A DNA stretch of 64,000 bases. It comes from Alphaproteobacteria bacterium. Its GTDB lineage: Bacteria; Pseudomonadota; Alphaproteobacteria; MPNO01; UBA830. The notes beneath the pieces are model-generated. The model searched no databases. It was given only the letters and a program-made list of their open reading frames with translations, and was not told where the DNA came from. The stretch covers positions 3,264,001-3,328,000 of the forward strand of contig OZ251539.1 in assembly GCA_965243135.1 (NCBI GenBank), written 5' to 3'. Positions 41,615-52,269 of this stretch are shown here, in pieces (position 1 is the first letter of the stretch; each line of letters opens with the position of its first letter). The translations under genes were made by a program, and so were the position numbers.

Positions 41615-42894
41615 GCGTTGACGACGACGCCGCGGCGCGCCTGCGCGACTTGTGGGCGCGCCTCGCGGAAAGCGGCACGGTGCCTACCGATCTTGAGCTC
41701 GCCTCCCACAGCTTGCCGAATTACTCGGTCGCGGTCGAGCCTTGGATGGACCGGCTGGCGAAGCGCTATCTCCAGGACCTTTGCCGCAGAAACTCCCACT
41801 TCAAACTGGTTATCGCGCCTTACGGCGGCGGGAAGACCCATTTTTTGATTGAACTCGGAAATCGGGCGCGCAAGGAAGACTTCGCCGTTTCTTACGTTCC
41901 ATGCAGCGCGGATACGAATCTGGAAGACGGGTTGGAACTGTACAAGGAATCGGTGAAGAAACTGTGGCTTCCGGGCGAAACGGAATCAGGATTGCGACGT
42001 TTTCTCGGCGCGACGATCAAGAGAAAGCGCACTCAAATCTCCAGTCGCGAAGTCCCCGATGAAGCGTTGGCGTTCGACCGCTGGCTCCATACCGTGGAAC
42101 GGACGCAATACGAAGAGAACGCTTTCGGGCGCGTCATGGCGGCGGCGCTGCGGGGCGTGGACGAACCGTCGCAGCTTGGCGAAGCCGCTTTTCGGTGGTT
42201 GCAGGGCGATCCCGACACTCTCGGGCGAAGCGAACTGGAGGGGCTTGGTCTCGCGAGAATAAGCGCGAAGGACAAGAAGAAATTCGGAAGGAACATGCTT
42301 CTCTCGATGGCGAAATTTCTTCCGGAAGCAGGTCCTTACGGCTGGGTCTTGCTGATCGACGAGGTTGAAACCCTTTTCACCGCAAGAGGCAAGTCGTTGC
42401 TGCGCGTGCTCGCCGCGATGAGAATACTGGTGGACATTCAGGGAGTTCCTCTGCTGGGGACGTTCGCCGCCGTTCCCGACATCATGGAGCAAATCAGACT
42501 ATATGAAGCCCTTCGGGGCAGACTTTCGGTTATCGGCGCGGCCTTCGATCAAGGCAACGATCTTGCCGTCCAACTGCATCTGGACAAGATGGACAAACAA
42601 GAGAAGCTGCTCGCGGATATCGGACGTAGATTGATTCAAGTCGGAAGCCAGGCGAAAGGGGTTTCTTTCGACGCCGAATTGCAATCGTCCAACGCGGAGA
42701 ATCTGGCTCAAGTCGCGGCGGACCGGAATCTCGACGTGGATGCGCGACGGCTATACGTCAAGACATGGGTGAGCTTGCTCGAAGAACAGAGCGAGAAGGA
42801 ACAGCGGAGGTTCGAAAATCAGGAGCTATCGGAACGTTACCAAGGCGCTTTCGATTCGCTTCGCGCTTCCGAGAGCGACGATTTCGAACCATGA
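41611..42894 (+). CDS. BrxD/DUF2791-like P-loop ATPase 2
   Basis: SGTVP, FKLVIAPYGGGKTH, RWLQG, GWVLLIDEVE, YEALRGRL; ATGA overlap. Confidence 0.88.
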   Translation: MSVDDDAAARLRDLWARLAESGTVPTDLELASHSLPNYSVAVEPWMDRLAKRYLQDLCRRNSHFKLVIAPYGGGKTHFLIELGNRARKEDFAVSYVPCSADTNLEDGLELYKESVKKLWLPGETESGLRRFLGATIKRKRTQISSREVPDEALAFDRWLHTVERTQYEENAFGRVMAAALRGVDEPSQLGEAAFRWLQGDPDTLGRSELEGLGLARISAKDKKKFGRNMLLSMAKFLPEAGPYGWVLLIDEVETLFTARGKSLLRVLAAMRILVDIQGVPLLGTFAAVPDIMEQIRLYEALRGRLSVIGAAFDQGNDLAVQLHLDKMDKQEKLLADIGRRLIQVGSQAKGVSFDAELQSSNAENLAQVAADRNLDVDARRLYVKTWVSLLEEQSEKEQRRFENQELSERYQGAFDSLRASESDDFEP

Positions 42895-44258
42895 GGACCG
42901 GAGAAGAGATCTTCCATCCCGCTCTTGGTCGAGGAACCGTCGCCGAAATCGGCGCCCGAGGCGGGCGACCCGCTGCCCTCGTCGATTTCGGCTACGCGAA
43001 GAGCTGGGTGACCGCAGCTGAACTGGGAAAAGACATTGCGCCCGAGGCGTCCGAGCCGCCTTCGAGCGCGCCGCGCAGCTTGCCCGGCGACGTGGTGGAA
43101 GCGCGCCGCGGGGTGTTGGCGCTCAGACTCGGCCAGATTCTCGAAAGCGACGTGCGCGAATTGAGCGCCGGAACCGAGGACATCGAGGCCGAGATGGAAG
43201 CCCTCGTCTCGCGCGCGAGCCAGGGGCGGCCGGGATTTCTTCTTGTCGAAGGCGCTTGGGGCAGCGGCAAAACTCATTTGCTGACCATGCTCAACGCCAT
43301 CGCGGCGTCGAAGGAAATGGCGTCATGCGGCGTGATTCTCGATGGCGCAGGCCTGCGGCTTTCGGATCCGATGAAACTAATGGCGGCGCTGCTCGCTTCG
43401 CTGAAATACCCGGGCGAACCCGCCCCGCGAGGACTTCGCGACCGACTCGCTCTGTACCGTCAAGCCGGTCGCCGACCGGAAGCCCGCCTGACGTTGGTCG
43501 AACAAGCGGTACGCGCCTTGCCGGAGGTTCCGAAATCGGCGCTTGACGACGCCGAAGCGCTGGAAGTCCTCGAGGATTATTTTTGCCTCGCCTCCTCGGC
43601 GACCGCGGCGAGGGACAAGCTGACGTTTCTCGGCTATGGGCGCGTGCCTCTTCCTTCGATGGCCGCAAGAATGGTCGACGACCGTCCCATGCAATTTTAC
43701 CAACTCCTCCGGAGCTGGGTGGAGTTCGTCGTGACGACCGGAACGAAGGGGCTGGTGCTGACGTTCGACGAACTGGACGTAGAATATGCGAGCACGAAGG
43801 GATGGTCCCAGGCGCGGCGGAAAGAAAAGGATCGCCGCGCCGCGTTGTTGTCGGCTCTGGCGCGGTCGGTGGGCCGCGCCGTCAATTCCAGGGCGCCCCG
43901 GCTTCCGTTGATCGTCGCCTTCGGCAGCGCCCCGGGAAGCGGGGAAGGCGCAAGCGAGGACGATCCGGTTCGCGATCTGCAAAAGCATCTCGGCCCTGCC
44001 GGCCTGAAGGTCGTTTCGGCGCCGCGTCCCGACCTGCCGCAGGTGCGCTCGCTCGGGCGACGACTTCTCGAACTTTATGCGCGCGCCTACCCCGGCTGGA
44101 CCGCACGGGTCGCGCGGGACGAAATAGAGAAGCGGCTCGACGCATTGGCGCGAGAGCATCTCGACGGTCTCTCGCCCGTCACCAGAAACTTCGTGCGCCG
44201 GGCGCTGGAACTGCTGGACGTCGCCCCGGATCTTTGCGGCCGGCGGGCCAAAGCCTGA
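42891..44258 (+). CDS. BrxD/DUF2791-like P-loop ATPase 3 with a Tudor-like N-terminal domain
   Basis: GEEIFHPALGRGTV..VDF N-terminus, ALRLG, EGAWGSGKTH, GLVLTFDELD, RNFVR..LELLD; ATGA overlap. Confidence 0.85.
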   Translation: MRTGEEIFHPALGRGTVAEIGARGGRPAALVDFGYAKSWVTAAELGKDIAPEASEPPSSAPRSLPGDVVEARRGVLALRLGQILESDVRELSAGTEDIEAEMEALVSRASQGRPGFLLVEGAWGSGKTHLLTMLNAIAASKEMASCGVILDGAGLRLSDPMKLMAALLASLKYPGEPAPRGLRDRLALYRQAGRRPEARLTLVEQAVRALPEVPKSALDDAEALEVLEDYFCLASSATAARDKLTFLGYGRVPLPSMAARMVDDRPMQFYQLLRSWVEFVVTTGTKGLVLTFDELDVEYASTKGWSQARRKEKDRRAALLSALARSVGRAVNSRAPRLPLIVAFGSAPGSGEGASEDDPVRDLQKHLGPAGLKVVSAPRPDLPQVRSLGRRLLELYARAYPGWTARVARDEIEKRLDALAREHLDGLSPVTRNFVRRALELLDVAPDLCGRRAKA

Positions 44259-44276
44259 GGCGAGTCCGTCTTACCG

Positions 44277-46490
44277 ATGGTAGCCGATGCAGAAATCGTC
44301 CGCCGGCTGGGAGCGGCGGGAGTCGCCTTTTTCGGCGGGTTCCAGCGACTGCAGGAGATTCAGCGGGAGGCGGCGGCGGAGATACTTGACGGGCGCGACA
44401 CGCTTGTCGTGTCCGCGACGGCTTCCGGAAAAACCGAAGCGGTGGCCGCGCCGCTGGTTGCGCGTCTCCTCGCCCGCGGCGGCGCGCGCAGGAACGCCGT
44501 CCGATTGCTCGTCGTGACGCCGACGAGAGCGTTGGTCAACGATCTGGCGTTGCGCCTCGCCGGGCCGTTGGCGCAAATGGGTTTGACCTGCGGGCGCCAA
44601 ACGAGCGACCGCAGGGACAAAGGCAGGCGTCCCTTCGCGTTGATCACGACCCCGGAATCGTTCGATTCGATGCTGGTGCGCGACGGGGCGTTCGATGGCG
44701 GCAGGCTTGTCGATCACTTGTTGGCGAAAACGGACGCGCTCTTCGTAGACGAAGCGCATCTGTTCGACGGAACGCCGCGGGGCGACCAGCTATGCTGGTT
44801 GTTGGGCCGTCTGCGGCGCGTTCGGCAAGTCGGCAGAGGCGGCGAAGCGCCCGGGCTTCATCTCTGCGCTGCAAGCGCCACGGTGCGCGACGCCGACGCC
44901 TTGGCGAAACGATTGCTCGGTCCCGCTGCCGGCGCCGTAAGGATCGAGGGGGCGCGCAAGATCGAGGTTTTAGGCCCTGCCGACGAACCGCGCTGGATTC
45001 CGCTCGGAGCGAACGACACCGTCCCGGACTTGCGGAAGCGCATCGAGGCGGTCCCGTCCGCGGAACTGAACGAGGGGGTCTCCTCCCGGCTCTGGAAGGC
45101 CATGGCGGAAGCGGACCCGCCGATGGCCCGCAAGATTCTCGTCTTCGTTCCGACCCGTCGGCTATGCGACACCCTGTCCGCGCATCTGCGGGAAACGCTG
45201 ACGCGCCGCCGCGAGGTTCAGGTGTTGGCGCATCACGGAAGCCTGCAACGGGATTCCCGCGAAAAGGCCGAACGGTTGTTCATGTCGTCTCGCGATGCGG
45301 TGCTGGTGGCGACGACAACGCTGGAGGTCGGCATCGATATTGGGGACGTCGACGTCGTCGCGCTCGTTGGCGCGCCGCCGAAGACGAGCGCATTGCTTCA
45401 ACGTATCGGGCGTGGGGGCCGGCGGGACGGACGAACTCGTGTGCTCGCGCTTCCGCGCGACGATACGGAGCGCGCCGCGTTCGCGTCGATGCTGTTGTCC
45501 GCGAGGGATGGAACCGTGGAACCCGAAAGCGCCGGCCGACGCTGGTCGGTGGTCGTTCAGCAAGCCGCTAGTTTCGTCGCGCAGGCAGGTCGGCGCGGTC
45601 GGCGGCGCAGCGACTTGCTGGAACTGGCGGACGACGTCTGGCCGGGAGGGCGGAACGCCGTCCGAGAGATATGCGGCGAACTGCTCGAAACGGGCCATCT
45701 CGAAGAAAATCGCGAGCGAATTTTTCTCGGAGAGCCGTGGGCGGACGCTTTCGAGGCAGGCGAGCGCGGCATGCACGGGAATCTCGGCTCGCCGACCGGC
45801 GGCGTCCCGGTCGTCGATTCCAGTACCGGCGAAACGATCGCCCACGTATCGCAGGCGCCCGAGACGGAAAAGGGCATCGCTTTGGGCGGTCAAATGTGGA
45901 ACGCACGTTTCGCCAATGGCGAGGTTTGGTTGACGGCGCGCGCAGGGGGGCGACGACAAGGGGAATTTCGCTACGCTGCGAGGCGCGGCCCGCTCGGCGC
46001 GGAATATGCGGCCCATGTTCGCCGCGGGCTCGGTTTCGATGAACGGGACGCGCCGGTCGCGCTGATCGAAGAAAATCCGGTATGGTTGCATTTCGGCGGC
46101 GGCGCTTACGAAGCCGTGCTTGCCTCCCTCTTGCCGTCGGTTCGAAAACTCGCAGGAATGAGCGGCCTGGCGATGGCGGGGCATCCAGGCGCAGAGGATC
46201 CAAAGCGGGCAGCAGGCGAAAAAAACGCATTGAGCGATCTGGTGGAAGAGCTGTACGAGGATCTTGAATTCTTTTTGGAGACCGGCCCTTTTCAACGATT
46301 TCTTCCGAAACCATGCCGCAAGCGCGTGACCGTGGATCTGTTCGATGCGCCGCGCTTCCGGCGTTGGCTGGCAAGCCGACGGGTTTGGGAACTCGGCGCA
46401 AGCGACCGCCGGTTGGGGGCCGTTCTAGCCGCGTTCGGAGGCGGCAAAAGCGGGAAAAATAGCCGGAAAAATATGCATTCCATTTCTTAG
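44277..46490 (+). CDS. Lhr-like SF2 DEAH helicase
   Basis: ATASGKTEA, PTRALVND, TTPES, DEAH, SAT, HHGSL, TTLEVGIDIG, QRIGRGGRR. Confidence 0.92.
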   Translation: MVADAEIVRRLGAAGVAFFGGFQRLQEIQREAAAEILDGRDTLVVSATASGKTEAVAAPLVARLLARGGARRNAVRLLVVTPTRALVNDLALRLAGPLAQMGLTCGRQTSDRRDKGRRPFALITTPESFDSMLVRDGAFDGGRLVDHLLAKTDALFVDEAHLFDGTPRGDQLCWLLGRLRRVRQVGRGGEAPGLHLCAASATVRDADALAKRLLGPAAGAVRIEGARKIEVLGPADEPRWIPLGANDTVPDLRKRIEAVPSAELNEGVSSRLWKAMAEADPPMARKILVFVPTRRLCDTLSAHLRETLTRRREVQVLAHHGSLQRDSREKAERLFMSSRDAVLVATTTLEVGIDIGDVDVVALVGAPPKTSALLQRIGRGGRRDGRTRVLALPRDDTERAAFASMLLSARDGTVEPESAGRRWSVVVQQAASFVAQAGRRGRRRSDLLELADDVWPGGRNAVREICGELLETGHLEENRERIFLGEPWADAFEAGERGMHGNLGSPTGGVPVVDSSTGETIAHVSQAPETEKGIALGGQMWNARFANGEVWLTARAGGRRQGEFRYAARRGPLGAEYAAHVRRGLGFDERDAPVALIEENPVWLHFGGGAYEAVLASLLPSVRKLAGMSGLAMAGHPGAEDPKRAAGEKNALSDLVEELYEDLEFFLETGPFQRFLPKPCRKRVTVDLFDAPRFRRWLASRRVWELGASDRRLGAVLAAFGGGKSGKNSRKNMHSIS

Positions 46491-46769
46491 TTCGTTTGCG
46501 GATCTTGAGCGTCTCCCGACAACTTTTCGGGTCTTCTTTTGCATATTCCCCCCACGCGAAGCGTATCGCTCAAATCGTCCGTCAATCCGCGAAAGAGCGG
46601 ATAAAATCAAATTCTCCTCGAGAATCGCGCAGCCTATCGTTCGGGTCGAATTTCACCAGAAAACGCAATGGAGGAAAATACAGCAATTCCCGCTAAGGCT
46701 CTAAACCTTGGAAAATATGGGGTTTCAGAAAAATTTTTCGTAGACTTTTCTGGGTAGTTCGGTGCGATT

Positions 46770-48373
46770 GGGTGCAGATCTATTTTTGCCAAACTCCTTG
46801 TTTTTATTTACGGAATCGGGATTTCCGCCGTCAGGCCGCGATGACGTTGAACGCCTGATTGTCGTTCGCAGCCCCGGTCATTGTCCGCCATGCCGACTCG
46901 AAGCGACCTGACCAACGCTCTGAGGGTGAGGACGTTCTGACCGCCTTCGACGCTCCAGCGCGCCCGTTTCATACGCTGGTTGACCAGCACCTTGTTGGCG
47001 GCCTCCACGACGCCCGACCCATAGCCGCTGGCTTTGAGGCTCGCGTAGCGCATGCGACGCCTGTGCTTGCGGAAAAACTTGAGCTCGCGTCCGAGAACCT
47101 TGAGCGCCGTTTCCGTCGTCGCTTTGTCGCGGAGGTCGCCCGGATGACCTTGTCGACGCCGTCGGCGTCGTCGCGCAGGACGGCGCGGTACTTTTCGTAC
47201 CAGTTGCTTGCGACGGTCGGAGACCTCGTTGAGATGTTCGCACGCATGGAAAAAATCAACCGCCCGCTCGTCGGGCCGGAGCTTGTCGAGAAACGTCCAG
47301 TTGTCGGGCGCGGCGTCGGCAACGGCGACCACCTTCAGGTCGGGTCGTACCTTGGTGGGCGACCTCTTCGGCGAGTTGCGCCTTCAGCGTCGCCTTGCCG
47401 GCCTCCGGCCCGAAACTGAGCGTTTTCAAGCGATTGCCTTCCGCGTCCTGGAAACTGACCGTCCCGCAGGACGCCTCGCGCCAGCACGCTTCCTCGTCTC
47501 CGTCCGGGCGAAGCGAAACCCCGTCAAGCGAAACGGCGCAGGAAACCGCCTCGCACCGTTTCCGCCTCGCGGATGCTTTCCATGGCTTCCTGCTCCTTTT
47601 CCTTCCAGAGGCTGCCCGTCGTCTCCAACAGACGCGTGGCTCGACGACGGGTTCATGCCCCCCAACTCTCCGAAGAGTTTGGCCGTTTCCTGCGGCGTGC
47701 AGTGCTCCAGAAGCAGGAGAGAAGCGGCCGGGTTCGTGAGATAGCCGTCAATCAGGCCCAAGTCGTTGTCGACCGGCGAGAACGACTCCTTTTCCGAGCG
47801 CGTCCGAAAATACCGGACCGGACCGAACAGCGTGTGGACGGTCTTCTGCGTCCGCGCAGCCCGATAGAAGACCTTGTCGTCCTTGCGAATCGGGCCTCCC
47901 CTCTCGTCCCGGTCCTCGTTGCAAATCACCGTCCGGCACAGCACAGCGACCTGCTTACCCAAGCTCGAAATCGGCGAACGCCTCGGGACCCTCCCCCTCC
48001 GACCTTTCCTTGAGGAAGGCCGCGAATTCCCCGAACGCCTTGGCGGTCGCGGCCCCTTTCTCGACGATGGACGCGAAAGCGCCCCGGCGGCCACCGGGGA
48101 GAGCTCGGAAAGGGACAAACCGTTCGAAGATTGCGAAACTGACATGGGAATGCTCCTGATGTTGTGGTTTCGAGCCAACATTCTGCCGCGCGGCAGGAGC
48201 ATTCCTTTTTTTCGTCCTCCGACCCCCTGATCGTGTCAAAATCCGCGCCCGGAACGGCGTTTTGTCACGAAATCGCCGATTTCGTCCTTGAAGCGTCGCA
48301 GCTCGTACTCGAATAATTGTTGAAAATCAACAGGTTGTGGATTTTTCCTTTTGGCAATATCAGACCTGCACCC
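46770..48373 (-). mobile_element. IS (ISKra4/ISLre2-like), 1604 bp, with a decayed transposase
   Basis: Inverted repeats GGGTGCAGATCTATTTTTGCCAAA and GGGTGCAGGTCTGATATTGCCAAA (20/24 match); 8-bp direct repeat GTGCGATT at 46762-46769 and 48374-48381; transposase fragments DFFHACEHL and MRY..GSGVVEAANK..QRMKR. Confidence 0.88.
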
Positions 48374-48953
48374 GTGCGATTTGCCTTCGAATGAGGGATT
48401 TTCTTATGTCGCGGCGGCTTGTCCATTGGTAATTTCGCCTTCTCGGTGCACCTTCCGGACATGCGGCCGCCTTAGCGGGAATTGCTGAGGAAAATATAGA
48501 TCGTCGAGCTCGAACTTACTCGTTTCTATCGGGTCTTCTTGAATTTCCACGATATCCACCACCTCGACGAGGGATTTTTTCTCCGGTACGGATGCCGATG
48601 GCTTGGCCGTCAGCGATTGCGCGGCGCGACCGGCTCGAATTCTTGGTTATACGCTGCATGGACAACGCGGCCGTTCGACGGTTTGAGATCCATGCGACCT
48701 CCAAGAAAGTTCAGACGGACCTCCTCGCCCGTCATGAAAAAATTCGGATCGTCGTTCCCGCCGTCTCGCCTATCCGGGAAACCTGAAAGCGTCGATGCCT
48801 TCCACAGCCATCAATCTTCGACAGCCGCAATTTTTCGACAGCGATGCATCATTTCCTGGTTCGCTGCCGACAAGTTCCCCGCCCTCGACCGTCTGACGTT
48901 GGTTCTCGAAGCGCCGCCGCACGGACTGCCCTGAGAGCGGGTTCCCTGGCTTT

Positions 48954-50490
48954 TCAGACGGTTTCGAATTCGAACCCGACGATGTTGCGCTCCTCCCGGC
49001 CGAACTCAATGCCGATCAGGTGGACCGGCACGCCCGGACGCCGGTACTTGTCCGCGTAACCGCGCTCCCGAATCTGCGCCAGCGCGCGCCTTTCCGGCTT
49101 TCCGTCCGCGACCTTGAACTCGAACAGGTAGACGCCGCCATCGTACAGGACCGTAAGGTCCGAGCGGCCGCGCGCCGTGCTCTCTTCCGCGCGGACGTCC
49201 ATCCCCGCCGCCACGAAGTGCGAGTAGAACACGCTCGCATAGTGCGCTTCGTAGCCCGCCATGCCCGTGTTCGCGTACCACTCGTTCGGGATGCTCGCCA
49301 GGAACGCCCGGAACAGCCGCTCGAGGCCCGCGAAGTCGTTCGCGCGCATCAGGCGGCGCAACTCCCGGCTCTCCGCCGCGACCGCGACGTCCGGCGCCAT
49401 CGCCTCCAGAAGGAGCGCGTTCAAGCTGCGCTTCACCTCATGGTTCGGGTAGTCCAGTCGGTAAAGAAGCGCGTCCTCGTCCGGCTCTTCGCCGACGATG
49501 GTCAGGTAGCCGGTCTGGAACAGCAGCGCCTCGACGGGGATGCGGTCGACGTCGATGGCCGACAGCAGGTCGTCGTCCGCGATCATGCCCTCCAGGGCCG
49601 GCGCCGCGAACCGGCGCCGCGACAGAAGGTCGGCGAGGAAGGTCGGCGTGCCGGTCCGGAACCAGTGCGCCTCGAACTGGCGACGCCGGAAAAGCAGCAG
49701 GACATCGTACGGGTTGTATAGTTTCTCCGCGCCCCGCCAGTTGTAGCCGTTGTACCATCGGCGGACCTTGTCCCGGTCCAGGCCCTCGAGTTCCGGGACG
49801 AAGACCGCGTCCAGCTCCGCGTCCGTGTAGCCGCAGATGGACGAGAACTCCGGCTCCAGCGTGACGTCGATCAGGTTGTTCAGGCCCGAGAACAGGCCCG
49901 CATGCGAGAACTTGCTCACGCCGGTAAGGAAGGCGAACCGGATATGCGCGTCGCAGTCCTTGACGACGCTGTAGAAACCGCGCAGGAAGTCGCGGTTGGC
50001 CAGCGCCAGTTCCCGGTCGCCGAGCGCGTCCAGGATCGGCTTGTCGTATTCGTCGACCAGAACGACCACGCGCCGCCCGGCGCGCTCGTGCAGTTCGGAG
50101 ATGGTGAAGGCGGTCGGAGGCGTCCGGGTAGCCGCACTGGACGTCGGCGCGCTTTTCGGCGGCGTCGAGCTGCATCATCGCGTTCCTGTGCAGCCGGTCG
50201 GGGTCGCCGAGATTGCCGGAACCGAAACTGATCCGCACGACCGGATGGCGCGCCGACCAGTCCCACCCGTCGTGCACGGCGAGGCCCCGGAACAGTTCCT
50301 CGCTTCCCTCGAACAACTCCTTCAGCGTGTCCACGAACAGGCTCTTGCCGAAACGCCGCGGGCGCGACAGGAAATAGTGCTTGCCTTTCGCGGCCAACCG
50401 TTCAGCGTAGGCTGTCTTGTCGACATAGTAATGGCCTTCTTCGCGGATCTCGCGGAAGGTCTGGATGCCGATGGGCAGCTGGCGTTTCAT
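48954..50490 (-). pseudogene. AAA-ATPase-like + PD-(D/E)XK nuclease, frameshifted near 50100
   Basis: LPIGIQTF..YYVDKT..SRPRRFGKS in one frame; VDEYDKP..GRSDL..FEFK in another. Confidence 0.88.
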
Positions 50491-50601
50491 CGCGCCGCAA
50501 GTTAGTCCGCGGCGCGGCCGTTGTCGAACCGGGGCGCGCTCCGCCGCCAACGCTGCATCGGCGCGCTTGAAGGCGCGGTCGACTTCGCGCTATGCACGGC
50601 C

Positions 50602-52185
50602 ATGACAGAAACGCTTGCGGACGCCATCGCCGAAGCCTTCGCCGAACGCGGCGTCAAGCGCATGTTCGGCGTTCCCGGCGGCGGGTCGAGCCTCGATCTC
50701 ATCGACGCGGCCTCCCGTCGGCGAATCGAGTTCGTACTGTGCCGGACGGAGACGGCCGCGGCCCTGATGGCCGCGGTAACGGGCGAGTTGACAGGCGTTC
50801 CGGGCGTCGCGCTTACCGGCATCGGGCCGGGCGCGGCGAGCGCGACGAACGGCATCGCGTACGCCGCGCTGGAACGCGCGCCCGTCATCCACCTTGCGGA
50901 CGCGCCTGCGGAGGGGGCGACCGCGCCGCCGCATCAGATTTTCGACCAGCGGGCGTTGTTCGCTCCCATCACCAAAACCCAGGCTCGTCTCGACCCTGAA
51001 ACCGGCGCAACGACGATCCGTTCGCTTCTGGACCTCGCGTCCGCCGCCCCGGCGGGGCCGGTCCATGTTGACCTCTCGTCCCGCGACGCGGCGCGGAACG
51101 CGGCGGCTCCCGAACGTCCGCCGGCCGAGTCGAAACCGGCGCTGGATGCGAACGCGGTCGAACGAACCTTGTCGATGATCGCCGACCGCCGCCGCGCCGT
51201 GCTGATCGTCGGGCTGCAGGCGCGCAGCTGCGCCGCCGCGACCGTCCGGCTCGCCGAGGCTCTCGGCGCGCCCGTCATGCTCACCTACAAGGCGAAAGGA
51301 GTCGTCGCCGACGGCCATCCGTTGACGACCGGGCTCTTCACCGGCGCCAAACGCGACTCGGAAGTTCTGTCCGAAGCGGATCTCATCCTGTTCTGCGGCG
51401 TCGACCCCGTCGAAATGATCCCGGGCGAATGGACCTACGACGCTCCGGCCGTCGTCCTGTCGACGAGCGCCGAACTCGCCTGGCCGTTCGCGCCCGAAAC
51501 CCAAATCGTAGGCCCGCTCAAGCGATCCGTCGCGGCCCTGGCGGCTTCCGTCGACAGCGCAGCCTGGACAACAACGGAAATCGCCGCCCTTCGCCGCGCC
51601 TTGCGCTGCCCGCTGACCGGCGTCGGCCATACAGCCGAAAGCGCGATCGAGACGGTGGCGGCCGCGGCGCCCCAACGCCCGCGCCTTGCGGTCGACGCAG
51701 GCGCTCACATGTTTTCAATCATGGCGCGGTGGCCCGCCCGCCGCCCGCACGACGTGCTCAAATCGAACGGACTGTCCACCATGGGGTTCGCCGTGCCGGC
51801 CGCGCTTGCGGGATGGCTCGAGGAGCCCGATCGCCGGGCGATCGCGGTCACGGGAGACGGAGGCATGGCGATGTGCCTTGGCGAACTCTCGACCGCGGCG
51901 AGGCTCGGCGCCGGGCTGACCGTGATCGTGCTGAACGATGCAGCGCTTTCGCTTATCGACGTCAAGCAGCAGCGCCGCCAACATCCGCCGCTCGGCGTGC
52001 GTTATCCGAGGGTCGACTTCGCCGCCGCGGCCCGCGGCCTGGGATGCGCCGCGTGGACCGTAGGACGGCGCGAACCGCTCGAACCCGCCCTCGCCGAAGC
52101 TCTCGCGCATGACGGTCCGGGTCTGATCGATATCGACGTCGACCCGTCCGGATATCGGGATCAGCTCGCCGCGCTGCGCGGCTGA
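50602..52185 (+). CDS. Thiamine diphosphate-dependent enzyme (acetolactate synthase-like fold)
   Basis: FGVPGG, GPGA, TMGFAVP, GDGG..ND. Confidence 0.9.
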   Translation: MTETLADAIAEAFAERGVKRMFGVPGGGSSLDLIDAASRRRIEFVLCRTETAAALMAAVTGELTGVPGVALTGIGPGAASATNGIAYAALERAPVIHLADAPAEGATAPPHQIFDQRALFAPITKTQARLDPETGATTIRSLLDLASAAPAGPVHVDLSSRDAARNAAAPERPPAESKPALDANAVERTLSMIADRRRAVLIVGLQARSCAAATVRLAEALGAPVMLTYKAKGVVADGHPLTTGLFTGAKRDSEVLSEADLILFCGVDPVEMIPGEWTYDAPAVVLSTSAELAWPFAPETQIVGPLKRSVAALAASVDSAAWTTTEIAALRRALRCPLTGVGHTAESAIETVAAAAPQRPRLAVDAGAHMFSIMARWPARRPHDVLKSNGLSTMGFAVPAALAGWLEEPDRRAIAVTGDGGMAMCLGELSTAARLGAGLTVIVLNDAALSLIDVKQQRRQHPPLGVRYPRVDFAAAARGLGCAAWTVGRREPLEPALAEALAHDGPGLIDIDVDPSGYRDQLAALRG

Positions 52186-52269
52186 CGCCCGGCGAACAAA
52201 GGCGCCCGGGACCGTCCGGGCATCGTTCAGGTCCCGAACCCGCGGGCCGTTCGGGAACGCCGGAGGCGC

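Noticed and set aside
39609-46490. Calling the operon canonical BREX or Shango
   Set aside because: No pglZ, pglX, brxC or recognisable TerB-like gene, and three ATPases instead of one.
48500-48930. Fragmentary minus-strand ORFs beside the IS; also 17318..17515
   Set aside because: Probably gene debris, but no family was recognisable.
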